A DNA stretch of 52,671 bases from Candidatus Pacebacteria bacterium CG10_big_fil_rev_8_21_14_0_10_56_10 (GCA_002772645.1 PFDK01000009.1:1-52671); one strand, 5' to 3'; shown: positions 9,207-18,674, counted from the stretch's first letter. Numbers and translations are program-made. Notes: a model not told the origin generated them from the letters alone.

Positions 9207-9437
9207 CAGGGAACGCCACAGTATACCAAGGATGACATACCAAGGATGACGGCCAGACTGACCACCTTTTTGGGGCGAGTTGGTAGCGAGTTGGTGGCGA
9301 GCGCCTGATACTCCTGATACTAAACTGAACATAGTGACCTTCGCCTCATTTTCGTGTTCCTGAGATGGGAAACGGCCAGTACAATGCTATCATTGATAAA
9401 TCGGTAGAAGAAAGAATAGCTAAGCGGAGAAAAGCAG

Positions 9438-10430
9438 ATGTCGAATACTTTGCCGCCTGACGATTTTGGACAGCCTGACGATGTTGGTGCGCGCGCCGCC
9501 CAATCTGGCGATACCCAACCTCAAAGTGGTGGAAGTTCTTACGTCGACACTTATCAGCCGCCGCCCAGCCCGTCACAACCCAGCCAGCCGTCGGACAGCC
9601 CGCCCGCCAGCCCGTCACCGCCCAGCCCGACACAGCATGGCCAAGAGACTGACCAGCCAACCGGTTTGCCTGCCACTGACCAACCATTTTCAGTTCAGCC
9701 ATTTGAAGGACAACCCGTGGCAGAGCAACCTAGGGAAGGACCGTCCGCGGAAGAGCAGCCTGCAGAAGAACGGTCCGCGACAGAACGACCACTGGCAGTT
9801 GGATCATTTGATGACCGGTCGCCCCAAGAGCAACCCCAAGAGCAACCTTTAGGACCTCAGCCTGCCGAACTTCAAACAGCCACTGAACCACCGGCCGAGC
9901 CCGCTGATGTTCAGCCAGCAGAGTCTCCACCACCGCCACCAACCCAACCGGCCGAGCCACCTCCACCACCTCCGCCAACCGATCCACAGTCTACGGAGTC
10001 GCTCGAACAGCAAAACATTTTTGATCTACTGGGCGTCAGCGACGGTACTGACCAGGAGAAGGAGACATTCCTTGACGAGCTCCAGCAGGTCATTTGGGAG
10101 GATTTTTTGGAGAAGGACGTGGCGTTGTTGCTGACTGACCAGGAACACGAGCAGTTTCGACAGATTATGGACAAGCCTGGGCCGCGCGACGATCAGCGCC
10201 AGGAAGAGATTATCGAGTTCCTTGATGGGCTGATTCCCAACTTAGAGCAGATCATGCTCGAGAAAGCACTCGAGCTCAAGGAAGCGATGTTCCGCGAGAG
10301 GATCAAGGGTATGGAAGAGTTCCACGCTGGCCAGGCAGAAGCACTGGCGGCTGTTAACGAAGCCAAAGAATTGAGCAGTCAACAGCGCTGGCAAAGCGCC
10401 GCCGCCAAGCTCAACGGCATCCCGACCTAG
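9438..10430 (+). CDS. Hypothetical protein: Pro/Gln/Glu-rich disordered N-half plus acidic helical C-terminal domain
   Basis: Long ORF with SD-like GCGGAG upstream; family not recognised with confidence. Confidence 0.5.
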   Translation: MSNTLPPDDFGQPDDVGARAAQSGDTQPQSGGSSYVDTYQPPPSPSQPSQPSDSPPASPSPPSPTQHGQETDQPTGLPATDQPFSVQPFEGQPVAEQPREGPSAEEQPAEERSATERPLAVGSFDDRSPQEQPQEQPLGPQPAELQTATEPPAEPADVQPAESPPPPPTQPAEPPPPPPPTDPQSTESLEQQNIFDLLGVSDGTDQEKETFLDELQQVIWEDFLEKDVALLLTDQEHEQFRQIMDKPGPRDDQRQEEIIEFLDGLIPNLEQIMLEKALELKEAMFRERIKGMEEFHAGQAEALAAVNEAKELSSQQRWQSAAAKLNGIPT

Positions 10431-10505
10431 TTACTTCCCTCAAGTTCAACAACATCCTGACGTAATCGCCGCTACCTGCGCTAGATCTGGTATGCTGGCG
10501 TCACT

Positions 10506-11519
10506 ATGAATAACCCGCTCACTCGGCTGGTGCCTTGGTGGCGCCGGCCAACAGTTTGCCTCGATGCCGGCTCGACTCGAGTGCGAGTGGGAGTACAAAG
10601 TCGACTGGTGTACGACCAGGCTGCCTGCTTGGTCAGGCACCGCCAAAGTCGGGCCGTGCTGAGAGTGGGGGACCACGCCGAGGAACTGACCCAACCGGGC
10701 CGGCAGCTGGAACGACTGCGACCGATCCGCCGGGGAGTAGTAGCCGATCCTGAGGGCGCCGGGCAGTTGCTGGAGTCGGTGTTCGACGAAGTGCTGACTA
10801 GCCAGCGCGTCAGGTCTTGGCGGGGAGTGAACGGCTACTGCGCGGTGCCGGCGGCCGCTACCCAACTCGAGCAAGTGGTGATGATCGACGTACTGCATCG
10901 GCTGGGGATTGGCCAGTGGCGGCTGATCAGCGCTGACCGGGTGCTGGCCGCGGCCATCACAGCCCACCCAGAGACGAAGCAAGCAGGTTGGATTACCGAT
11001 ATCGGTGCTGAGAAGAGCGAGGTGGTGTTCCTGACCGGGCCTGAGCTCACCAGCCAAACGGTGCCGGTGGGCTTTGCCACCTTTATTGACCAAGTGCGCT
11101 CCCAACTGCGCGACCAGTACCACTGCCAGGTCAGTTGGGAGACGGCCCACGACCTGACCTTGCGGCTGATGCACCAGGACGCTCTCGAGCCTGACCAAGT
11201 AACGTTCAAGCAAGCCGTCCGCGGCAAGGATGTGGCCACTTCACTGCCTCGGACAGTAACCGTCAAAGGCGCCGACTTGGTCGGACCGCTGAAAGTGTTA
11301 ATGCGCGAGCTGTTCGACGACGTCCAGCTGTTGTTCGCTCGGTTATCGACCAAAGACCTGACCGACGGGTTGGAACGCGGCCTGGTGGTGACCGGTGGCG
11401 GTCAGTTTCGCGCCTGGGGTGGGTTTATCCAGCAGCAGCTGGACTGTCGGGTGACACTCTCGCCTGGCCACCGCCATGACCTGGTGAGCGGCCTCTGTTT
11501 CCTGGCCGAGGCTGGGTGA
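10506..11519 (+). CDS. mreB: Divergent MreB-like actin-family protein
   Basis: LDAGSTRVRV, PIRRGVVAD, AVPAAATQLEQ, DIGAEKSEV and VVTGGGQF align with MreB motifs; upstream of mreC. Confidence 0.65.
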   Translation: MNNPLTRLVPWWRRPTVCLDAGSTRVRVGVQSRLVYDQAACLVRHRQSRAVLRVGDHAEELTQPGRQLERLRPIRRGVVADPEGAGQLLESVFDEVLTSQRVRSWRGVNGYCAVPAAATQLEQVVMIDVLHRLGIGQWRLISADRVLAAAITAHPETKQAGWITDIGAEKSEVVFLTGPELTSQTVPVGFATFIDQVRSQLRDQYHCQVSWETAHDLTLRLMHQDALEPDQVTFKQAVRGKDVATSLPRTVTVKGADLVGPLKVLMRELFDDVQLLFARLSTKDLTDGLERGLVVTGGGQFRAWGGFIQQQLDCRVTLSPGHRHDLVSGLCFLAEAG

Positions 11520-11594
11520 ACAACACCGAGTGAACGACGTAAAGATATCGAAAAATAACGGTAGAGAAAAGTCGACAGAAAAGTCGACAGAAAA

Positions 11595-12467
11595 ATGAAA
11601 AAATCGACCAGCCGCGATGCCAACCATTTTCGGCAACTTCTGCCCATTGACTGGTGGCAGCTCGACCAGCCCCAAAAGTATTGGTTGGTAGCCGGCGCGG
11701 TGGTGGCTATCATGGGGGCGATCGACTTTTTGGACCTGGCCCGGCCTTACTATTACTGGGGTCGTGGTCGGCTGCTGCCACTGGGCCAAGCCGCCGTCAG
11801 CACCGTCCAAGCTGCCGGCTGGCCGTGGCGGGTCATCAGTCAACTTAACTCAGCCGCCCACCGGGTCCAACAGCTCGAGTCTAAGTTGGCCGAACTGGAG
11901 TCCCAGGAGGCCGAGCTGACCGGTTTGCGAGCCGAAAACCACCAACTGCGAGCGCTGGTTGAGGGCAGGACCAGCGGCAGAGATGGTGGCCGCCCCACCC
12001 AACGAGTCACCAGTCCGATCGTGTCACTGTCCCAGCCCGGCATCGGCATCGGCAGTAACCAAGGGGTTCAGCCGGGCAATATGGTACTGGTTTCCGGAGT
12101 GTTAGTGGGAGTAGTGACTACGGTTGAACCGGAGTCGGCGCAACTTAACGTCTTGAGCCACGGCTCCGCCCAGCCAGTGGTAGCGGTGACAGAGGGTGGC
12201 GCCGAAGGGATCGTGGTTGGCGACGGCCGGCGAGTACTGCTGACCGAAGTACTGCCAAACGCGTCGGTAGAGATAGGTCAGCGGGTGACAACCCTCGGTC
12301 AGCCCGGAATTCCCCGCGACGTGCTGATTGGTACAATCACTGCCGACATCAGTCGGCCGGAAGACCCGGTAGCCACCCTGGTGGTGGACCAGTCAGTCGG
12401 ATTTGCCACTGCCCGGTTGGTAGAAGTGGTTGTTACCGGTCCGGAGAGCGGGAGTGCCAGGCAATGA
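11595..12467 (+). CDS. mreC: Rod shape-determining protein MreC
   Basis: N-terminal TM, coiled coil (LESKLAELESQEAELTGLRAENHQLRAL), beta-rich C-terminal domain. Confidence 0.75.
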   Translation: MKKSTSRDANHFRQLLPIDWWQLDQPQKYWLVAGAVVAIMGAIDFLDLARPYYYWGRGRLLPLGQAAVSTVQAAGWPWRVISQLNSAAHRVQQLESKLAELESQEAELTGLRAENHQLRALVEGRTSGRDGGRPTQRVTSPIVSLSQPGIGIGSNQGVQPGNMVLVSGVLVGVVTTVEPESAQLNVLSHGSAQPVVAVTEGGAEGIVVGDGRRVLLTEVLPNASVEIGQRVTTLGQPGIPRDVLIGTITADISRPEDPVATLVVDQSVGFATARLVEVVVTGPESGSARQ

Positions 12468-12489
12468 GAACTGCAGGGGCGCTAAAACC

Positions 12490-12990
12490 ATGACAACTTC
12501 ACCACTAAAACTTCCGGCACTCAGTCTCTCGATGTTTGGCGTCAGCTCTCAGCTGGCCTTGGTGAGCGGCTTGGCCCAGCTGCTCGGTTTGGCGGCGGTG
12601 ATCGCGGTCGAGCAAGCGGTGGGCTGGCCGCTGATTAGTACCGGCCTGGCGGTCTGGTGGCTGGACCGGCGTCGCGGTTGGGAGCAGTTAGCGGGAGTGG
12701 TGGGCTGGGGGGTAGTATTGGCGGTGGCGTATGACCTGCCGTTAAGCGTGGGGCTGGTGGGATTGCTGATTGGTCTGGAGGTCTGGCGGCGCAGCCGTGG
12801 TTGGCCAAGCCGGGCCATCAGGCTGCAGCTGGCCGCGGCGCTGGCCGCGGCTTGGCTGGGAAGTTGGGTCGGCCTGCGGCTGTCCACACTAGAGATAGTA
12901 GTGGCGGCTGTTGGCTTGATATGGTTGGCGCTGTGGAGCCGGCTAAGCACCGCCGCTTGGTGGCAGCGCCGTTACTTGAAATGGGTGTGA
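12490..12990 (+). CDS. mreD: MreD-like polytopic membrane protein (assigned by position)
   Basis: Small, all-hydrophobic ORF between mreC and mrdA. Confidence 0.45.
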   Translation: MTTSPLKLPALSLSMFGVSSQLALVSGLAQLLGLAAVIAVEQAVGWPLISTGLAVWWLDRRRGWEQLAGVVGWGVVLAVAYDLPLSVGLVGLLIGLEVWRRSRGWPSRAIRLQLAAALAAAWLGSWVGLRLSTLEIVVAAVGLIWLALWSRLSTAAWWQRRYLKWV

Positions 12991-13122
12991 GCCGAGTGGG
13001 CCCACTGCCGCCGCGCCCGAAATCAACATCCACATCAACATCGAAATCGAAAACCATATTGACCCTGAACTTCTTGACCATGAACTTTGCCCTCGTCGCT
13101 ACCAAGTACCACCATCGCTAAA

Positions 13123-14925
13123 ATGCAACTGCCCTGGAGATTACTGGCCGTCCTGGCATTGTTCACCAGCTTGTTTGGCTTGCTGTGGCTGAGGGCCTGG
13201 GACGTTCAGGTGTTCCGTGGCAGTGAGTTTGCGCAGCAAGCCTTGGCAAACCGGCTCTACCAACTGCCGCTGACCGCTAATCGGGGAGTGATCACCGATC
13301 GCTACGGCCTGCCACTGGCCTGGAACCAGCGCCAGTACTGGTTAGCGGACCAGCCCGACTCGCTCTATTCAGACTTAACGCCGCTGGACCGCCAACAGGC
13401 GTTGGAGCGGCTGGCTACCCAGAGTGGCGCCGTCCGCAAGACTAACGCTCGCCGCTACGCGCTGGCTACTGAGCTGGCCCACGTCATTGGCTACACCGGC
13501 CAGGTCACGTCCGAGGAGCTCGACACAGATCCTAACTTGACCATTCGCTCCACCACCGGCAAACTTGGCCTGGAGAAGCTCTACGACGCCCGACTCAGGG
13601 GACAAGAGGGCCGGCAGACCCAGGAGATTGATGCCCTGCTCCAGCGGCTGCGGCTCTTCCAGGTCCAGCCCGCCCAAAGCGGTCAAGGCCTGGCTACCAG
13701 CTTGGACAGGTTTTTGGCTGAAGTGGCCTACCAGGCGCTAGGCGAACAGCGCGGCTCGGTGGTGATCAGCGACGCCAGGACCGGTCAAGTGCTGGTGCTG
13801 GTCAACAAGCCCAGTTTCAACGCCGAGCTGTTCACCCACCCTGACCAGCACTTGCCCGACGCCGCCACCCGCCACCAGCTCAGCCAAGTGTTCCAAGACG
13901 AGACCGAGCCGATGTTTAACCGGGCGCTAGCCGGTCTTTATCCGCCCGGTTCTGTTTTTAAGCTGGTCACGGCGCTGGCCGGGCTCGAGACCGGCCGGCT
14001 GGACAGTACCACTACCGTACTTGACGAAGGCGTGATCCGGGTCGGCGAGTTCGAGTACAGCAATTGGTACTTTAGCCAGTTTGGCCGGACCGAAGGCGAG
14101 ATCGGGCTGCAGCGGGCTATCTCGCGCAGTAACGACATTTTTTTCTACAAGGCCGCCGAGTGGATCGGGCCTGATCGGCTGGCCGAGAACGCTCGACTGC
14201 TGGGCTTTGGCCGGCCCACCGGCATCGAGCTGAGCGGCGAGGCGGCCGGACTGGTCCCTAGCCCAGCCTGGAAAGAGACCACTGTCGGGGAGCGCTGGTT
14301 CCTGGGCAACACTTACCACTTCGGGATCGGCCAGGGCGACGTGTTGGTCACGCCACTCCAGGTTAATCAGCTCACCCAGACGCTGGCTAACGGCGGCACC
14401 CAGTGCCGGCCCACGCTGGTGGCGGGAGCGCCGCCGCGCTGTCAAGAGGTGGGCCTACTGCTCGATCACCTCAACGTAGTGCTGGCCGGCATGATCGATG
14501 CCTGCTCTCTGGGCGGGACGGCTTTCCCGTTTTTTGAACGCAACCAACACTTGGCCGCCGCCTCCGCCACGACCACCACGACCGCCACGACAGAGACCGA
14601 GTCGGTTGCCGAGCGCCTCCGTCAGGGCCAGCTGGCCTGCAAGACCGGCACCTCCGAGTTCGGCGGCGCTGACGAGCGAGGCTTCAGAAGGACGCACGGC
14701 TGGTTTACCGCCATCGTCGAGCCCCGACTGGCAGCAGTCGTTGACAGCCCTGCCGGCCGCTACCAAAGCTGGCGCCAGGCCATCGCCCAGCACGACTTTC
14801 CCCGGCGGCTGGCCATCACCGTTTTAGTCGAGAGCGACGACGACGAGCCGTTCAAAGAAGGCTCAGCCGACGCCGCCCCCGTCGCCAAGCAAATCATCGA
14901 CTGGATGGAGCAGGGACCGGAGTAG
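13123..14925 (+). CDS. mrdA: Penicillin-binding protein 2 (elongasome transpeptidase)
   Basis: SVFK (SxxK), SRSN (SxN) and KTGT motifs; N-terminal signal anchor. Confidence 0.85.
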   Translation: MQLPWRLLAVLALFTSLFGLLWLRAWDVQVFRGSEFAQQALANRLYQLPLTANRGVITDRYGLPLAWNQRQYWLADQPDSLYSDLTPLDRQQALERLATQSGAVRKTNARRYALATELAHVIGYTGQVTSEELDTDPNLTIRSTTGKLGLEKLYDARLRGQEGRQTQEIDALLQRLRLFQVQPAQSGQGLATSLDRFLAEVAYQALGEQRGSVVISDARTGQVLVLVNKPSFNAELFTHPDQHLPDAATRHQLSQVFQDETEPMFNRALAGLYPPGSVFKLVTALAGLETGRLDSTTTVLDEGVIRVGEFEYSNWYFSQFGRTEGEIGLQRAISRSNDIFFYKAAEWIGPDRLAENARLLGFGRPTGIELSGEAAGLVPSPAWKETTVGERWFLGNTYHFGIGQGDVLVTPLQVNQLTQTLANGGTQCRPTLVAGAPPRCQEVGLLLDHLNVVLAGMIDACSLGGTAFPFFERNQHLAAASATTTTTATTETESVAERLRQGQLACKTGTSEFGGADERGFRRTHGWFTAIVEPRLAAVVDSPAGRYQSWRQAIAQHDFPRRLAITVLVESDDDEPFKEGSADAAPVAKQIIDWMEQGPE

Positions 14926-14988
14926 CTTGGAGCTCGCTTCGTCTATCAATCGTCTATTATTTGTCTACAATCTGCTAAGATAGAAGCT

Positions 14989-16026
14989 ATGTTTACTCCA
15001 AAATATACTATTACTAATAAACTTCTCGCCAATATCAAGCGCATTAACACTCTTATTTCTGAGCTTAACAACAAACGCCTCCCCAAAGTTGTCTTAATTG
15101 AATTAGAGAGAACAGCACGGGAAATTTCAGCACATGCTTCTACCAGTATTGAAGGCAACCCGCTCCCCTTAACAGAGGTCAAGAAAATACTCAAAGCTAA
15201 ACCAGTCAATGCAAGAGAAAGCGAAACAGAGGTACTTAACTACAATGAAGCTTTGGAATACCTGGATAGAAAGCTACGAGAGGGCAGTATTATTCCGTCC
15301 GTGGAACTTATTCTCGAAATCCACAGCATAGTGATGAGAAACTTGATGACACGACACGAAGATATCGGCGCTCTGCGAAAAAGGCCAGTAGTTGTTAACG
15401 ATCCACTAACAAGACAGGTTGTATATCTCCCTGCAGACGTTGAGGGAGTGAAACCATTGATGGATGAATTGATCAATTTTGTTAAACAAAAACGTAAAGA
15501 GACTGACGCTCTAATTTTGTCTGGAATCTTTCACAAGCAAATGGTTTTGATTCATCCATTTATGGATGGCAATGGCAGAACTACTCGCCTAGGAACTAAA
15601 GTGTTACTTGCCGAAATGGGATTAAATACTTTTAACCTCTTTAGTTTTGAAAATTACTACAATAACAACGTAGCTCGCTATTTCCAGTATGTTGGGGAAC
15701 GAGGGGATTATTATGAGTTAGAAAATCAAATTGATTTCACTCCATGGCTCGAATACTTCACCGATGGAATAATCGACGAATTTCTAAGAGTGCAAGGGAT
15801 TCTGCCTCAAGTAGCTAATAGTCCTGAAACAGAATTGTTGGAGTACCATCAAAAAATATTAGATTTTATAAGACAAAAAGGATTCATTAAAGATAGTGAC
15901 TACGCAAAGTTAGTTAACAGAGCTAGGTCAACTAGAGCGTTGGACTTGCAGAAGCTAGTTGACCTGGGGTTAATTGAAAGAAAAGGCAAAGGTAAAGCTA
16001 CTTATTATATTTTGAAGGACGAGTGA
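14989..16026 (+). CDS. Fic-family protein (AMPylase-type) with C-terminal wHTH
   Basis: HPFMDGNGRTTR Fic motif; AT-rich. Confidence 0.85.
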   Translation: MFTPKYTITNKLLANIKRINTLISELNNKRLPKVVLIELERTAREISAHASTSIEGNPLPLTEVKKILKAKPVNARESETEVLNYNEALEYLDRKLREGSIIPSVELILEIHSIVMRNLMTRHEDIGALRKRPVVVNDPLTRQVVYLPADVEGVKPLMDELINFVKQKRKETDALILSGIFHKQMVLIHPFMDGNGRTTRLGTKVLLAEMGLNTFNLFSFENYYNNNVARYFQYVGERGDYYELENQIDFTPWLEYFTDGIIDEFLRVQGILPQVANSPETELLEYHQKILDFIRQKGFIKDSDYAKLVNRARSTRALDLQKLVDLGLIERKGKGKATYYILKDE

Positions 16027-16117
16027 TTAGCTCGCCACTTGAGTATTTTTTGCTGGAACCTTTCAGACTTGGGCGCTCCCGCCATCATTTTGAGCTCACG
16101 AACTTACGTTAACATTT

Positions 16118-16501
16118 TTACCAAACGGTCTTGACAGAATATTGGCGTATCAACCGGTCCGGTGTGACAATCACAAAATCTCTGGCAATGGCCTGACAGA
16201 CAAGCATCCTGTCAAAAGGATCACTGTGAAGATTCTTTAATTTTTCGAGCTTTACCACGTCGTCTTCCTCCAGAGGCAGTGGCTCAACTCCGTGCAGTTT
16301 CCTTTGGGCCGGTATGTACTTGTCGGGCTTCTCCGGCAGAGGAAGTTTTCCGAGTTTGTACTTGATGACTATTTCCCAAACCGAGATACTGCTCAGGTAA
16401 ACCTTGTTATTTTCATTAAGATACAACTCCTCTGCCTTTTTTGACAGTTTACTAGACCCGGTTACGACCCAGAGAAAGGTAACAGTATCCAGCAGGATCA
16501 T
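16118..16501 (-). CDS. vapC: PIN-domain toxin VapC
   Basis: MILLDTVTFLW start, conserved acidic residues; overlaps the upstream antitoxin stop. Confidence 0.75.
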   Translation of the reverse strand: MILLDTVTFLWVVTGSSKLSKKAEELYLNENNKVYLSSISVWEIVIKYKLGKLPLPEKPDKYIPAQRKLHGVEPLPLEEDDVVKLEKLKNLHSDPFDRMLVCQAIARDFVIVTPDRLIRQYSVKTVW

Positions 16502-16737
16502 TTGGGGTTGGCAAAAGAGTTGGTGGTGGGCCCTGGCAGGGGTTCGAAGAAGCTTTCAGGAACTTCAAACTTTACCTTACTTTGACCAACAGCCCTTTTG
16601 GGCTTGGGTTTGGCAAGTAGCTTGAGCTCCGCGACAGGAACGTTCCTTTTGGCCACAATTACCCGTTGGCCTTTCTGGACCAGATCAATATAACGCGACA
16701 AATTTGCCTTGGCCTGATGAATGTTTACCGTTAACAT
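16498..16737 (-). CDS. Phd/YefM-type antitoxin paired with VapC
   Basis: MLTVNIHQAKANLSRYIDLVQKGQRVIVAKRNVPVAEL. Confidence 0.7.
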   Translation of the reverse strand: MLTVNIHQAKANLSRYIDLVQKGQRVIVAKRNVPVAELKLLAKPKPKRAVGQSKVKFEVPESFFEPLPGPTTNSFANPK

Positions 16738-16743
16738 GGCTAA

Positions 16744-16914
16744 ATGATAGACCAACTACTTGGTCATGTCAACTCACTCAAAATTTCAAAAGAGCTGCGG
16801 GACGCCATTCAGATTTATCACCAAACAAATTTTTACATAGCAGACTGCGTTATAATTGCCCACTCAAGTAAACGTCAGTTACTTAGCTTCGACGAAAAGA
16901 TGAGAAAGTTTTAA
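16744..16914 (+). pseudogene. PIN-domain C-terminal remnant
   Basis: 56-aa ORF ..IYHQTNFYIADCVIIAHSSKRQLLSFDEKMRKF resembles the last PIN motif; the N-terminal part of the domain is absent. Confidence 0.45.
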
Positions 16915-16928
16915 CTTAAGCGGGCAGA

Positions 16929-17213
16929 CTAAATCTTTCCTGAACTCTTTTCGAGCCAGGCGGAGATCGCGGACGGTTCCAGTTTCTCATTGTCCACAGC
17001 GATCACAAAATCCGCTGCTTTTAACTTAGTGGACGTGAGGTGGTACCCGTTGTCCCACAACAATTTATGCGCTGCCGCCCAGGCGGTTCGCTTGTTTCCG
17101 TTGGTGAACGGATGATTGAGGGTCAGCGAATGCAGCAACGCTGCCGCTTTGTCAAAAGAAATGACGTGGAATGGAGTGAACAGCAGTTCGCTCACCAGGG
17201 TTGAACTATGCAT
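16929..17213 (-). pseudogene. doc: Doc (Fic-fold) toxin, N-terminally truncated, with no Phd partner
   Basis: FDKAAALLHSLTLNHPFTNGNKRTAW Doc motif; ~30 N-terminal residues missing; abuts the divergent gene at 17215. Confidence 0.6.
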
Positions 17214-17214
17214 T

Positions 17215-18570
17215 ATGATACACGTTATGAAAAATAGAGAAGTTAAACGTAAGGGGGATTCTAGCCAGGGAACTGGTTCGGTTGAGGAACTGGGAGAAGA
17301 AACAGAACGCACGCCTTCTCAACTATTCGACGAATGTACTCCACTTTTGGCATCTCGCCATCCCGCCAAAATAGAGCAAGCTCGAGGTGTGATAGATAAA
17401 ATACTTCAAGCTCTGGGACTTGACCCTTCGGCGTACCAAAAGTGGGCAGACCTGTCGATTAAGGCTGGATCAGTTGATGACCCAAGCTTAAAAATGGCCA
17501 AAGCTATTCTTGAGTTTATGCCGGTAGTGATTAAGTTAGAATCTCAAAGACCAGGCTTAGTCAAGTACTTCGCGGACAATTTTGGCCTAGTATGTTTTGG
17601 TCGCACAGTGACTGATAGTCGCTACTTTACTGAGTGGTATGACGCCCTCAGCCGAACTGACGCTCAACAAGGAGAAAGTGAACGGCAAAAATGGGTACGC
17701 TTGGTAAGTGAATCATTATCTGCGGTTGGACTTTCGAACCAGATAATTGAGCAACTATTTACTACCTGGAAACATTGTAGTCGGGACTCAAACCCTTTCA
17801 CTTCCGTGTCAAAAAACACGGCAGCATTACTTAAGCTTTACTCCATAGCCCAATATAAAACTACCGTACCAACTTTAGTTGAAGAGTTTGGTATCCACAA
17901 TTTTTGCCGATACGATCCTCAAGTCTTGATAAATCAGTTCGAGCATAAAAATGCTCCGGGCGATTTTGGTTTGCTAGTTTTTCCAAAAACTGACTGGAAC
18001 GAAGCCTTTGATCAAAACTCGGGAGTCATCTCGCAACTCGCAACAAAATCGACGCAACTCGGGATTAACCTGAGGATAGTTGAGGCCGGCAGGGTGAATG
18101 AGCTACTGGCTCGAACCGGGAAAATGGTCAGGAAATCCGGAGGCAAGATAATGTACTTGGTTTTAGGCGGGCACGGTTCTCTAGACGATATTCGTTTGGG
18201 TGGAGATCCCCACTTTGGGGAAACCGATGGGAGGAGGAGAGTAGTTACAACTCAAGATGTTCTAAGACCGGAAACCAGGTTGTTTAGACGCTGGTTCGCA
18301 GATAACCCTCAGATTGTGCTGGTATCTTGTTCGACAGGTGGAGATGGGGGGATTGCTGAAAAAATATCGGCCCAACTAAACGCCAGGGTAACCGCACCAG
18401 TGAAACCCAGCAACGTAAATACGATTCAGTTGTTTAGAACTGGGGGCGATAGAGGGGACGGGGGAAACGATCTCGATCTATGGGTGGTTTACACAAGAAG
18501 CCAATCGGCTAAGTTCAACGCCGGAGCCAGAATTCGAGATGATGGCTGGTTTGAAATTAGGTTAGTCTAG
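17215..18570 (+). CDS. Hypothetical 451-aa protein; C-terminal domain has a clan-CD-like His/Cys arrangement
   Basis: AT-rich ORF; IMYLVLGGHG (His codon 18172) and QIVLVSCSTGG (Cys codon 18328) are 52 residues apart; start 17215 or 17227. Confidence 0.5.
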   Translation: MIHVMKNREVKRKGDSSQGTGSVEELGEETERTPSQLFDECTPLLASRHPAKIEQARGVIDKILQALGLDPSAYQKWADLSIKAGSVDDPSLKMAKAILEFMPVVIKLESQRPGLVKYFADNFGLVCFGRTVTDSRYFTEWYDALSRTDAQQGESERQKWVRLVSESLSAVGLSNQIIEQLFTTWKHCSRDSNPFTSVSKNTAALLKLYSIAQYKTTVPTLVEEFGIHNFCRYDPQVLINQFEHKNAPGDFGLLVFPKTDWNEAFDQNSGVISQLATKSTQLGINLRIVEAGRVNELLARTGKMVRKSGGKIMYLVLGGHGSLDDIRLGGDPHFGETDGRRRVVTTQDVLRPETRLFRRWFADNPQIVLVSCSTGGDGGIAEKISAQLNARVTAPVKPSNVNTIQLFRTGGDRGDGGNDLDLWVVYTRSQSAKFNAGARIRDDGWFEIRLV

Positions 18571-18674
18571 ATAATGAAAACTACCTATATCGTTGGCCCG
18601 ATCACTTCGGTAAGACCTCTCCTTAAATCTCGCGCAAGCTGAACGTAAGCTTGGTGGGCTAAAGTCAGCACAGC

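Noticed and set aside
8601-9308. Long antisense or alternate-frame ORFs inside GC-rich genes (for example 8601-9308, 10446-11213, 20887-21408, 21607-22548, 39877-40701, 41260-42072)
   Set aside because: Each lies wholly within a well-supported gene on the other strand or frame. They have Arg/Pro/Gly/Ala-rich translations typical of GC-rich off-frames and no motifs.
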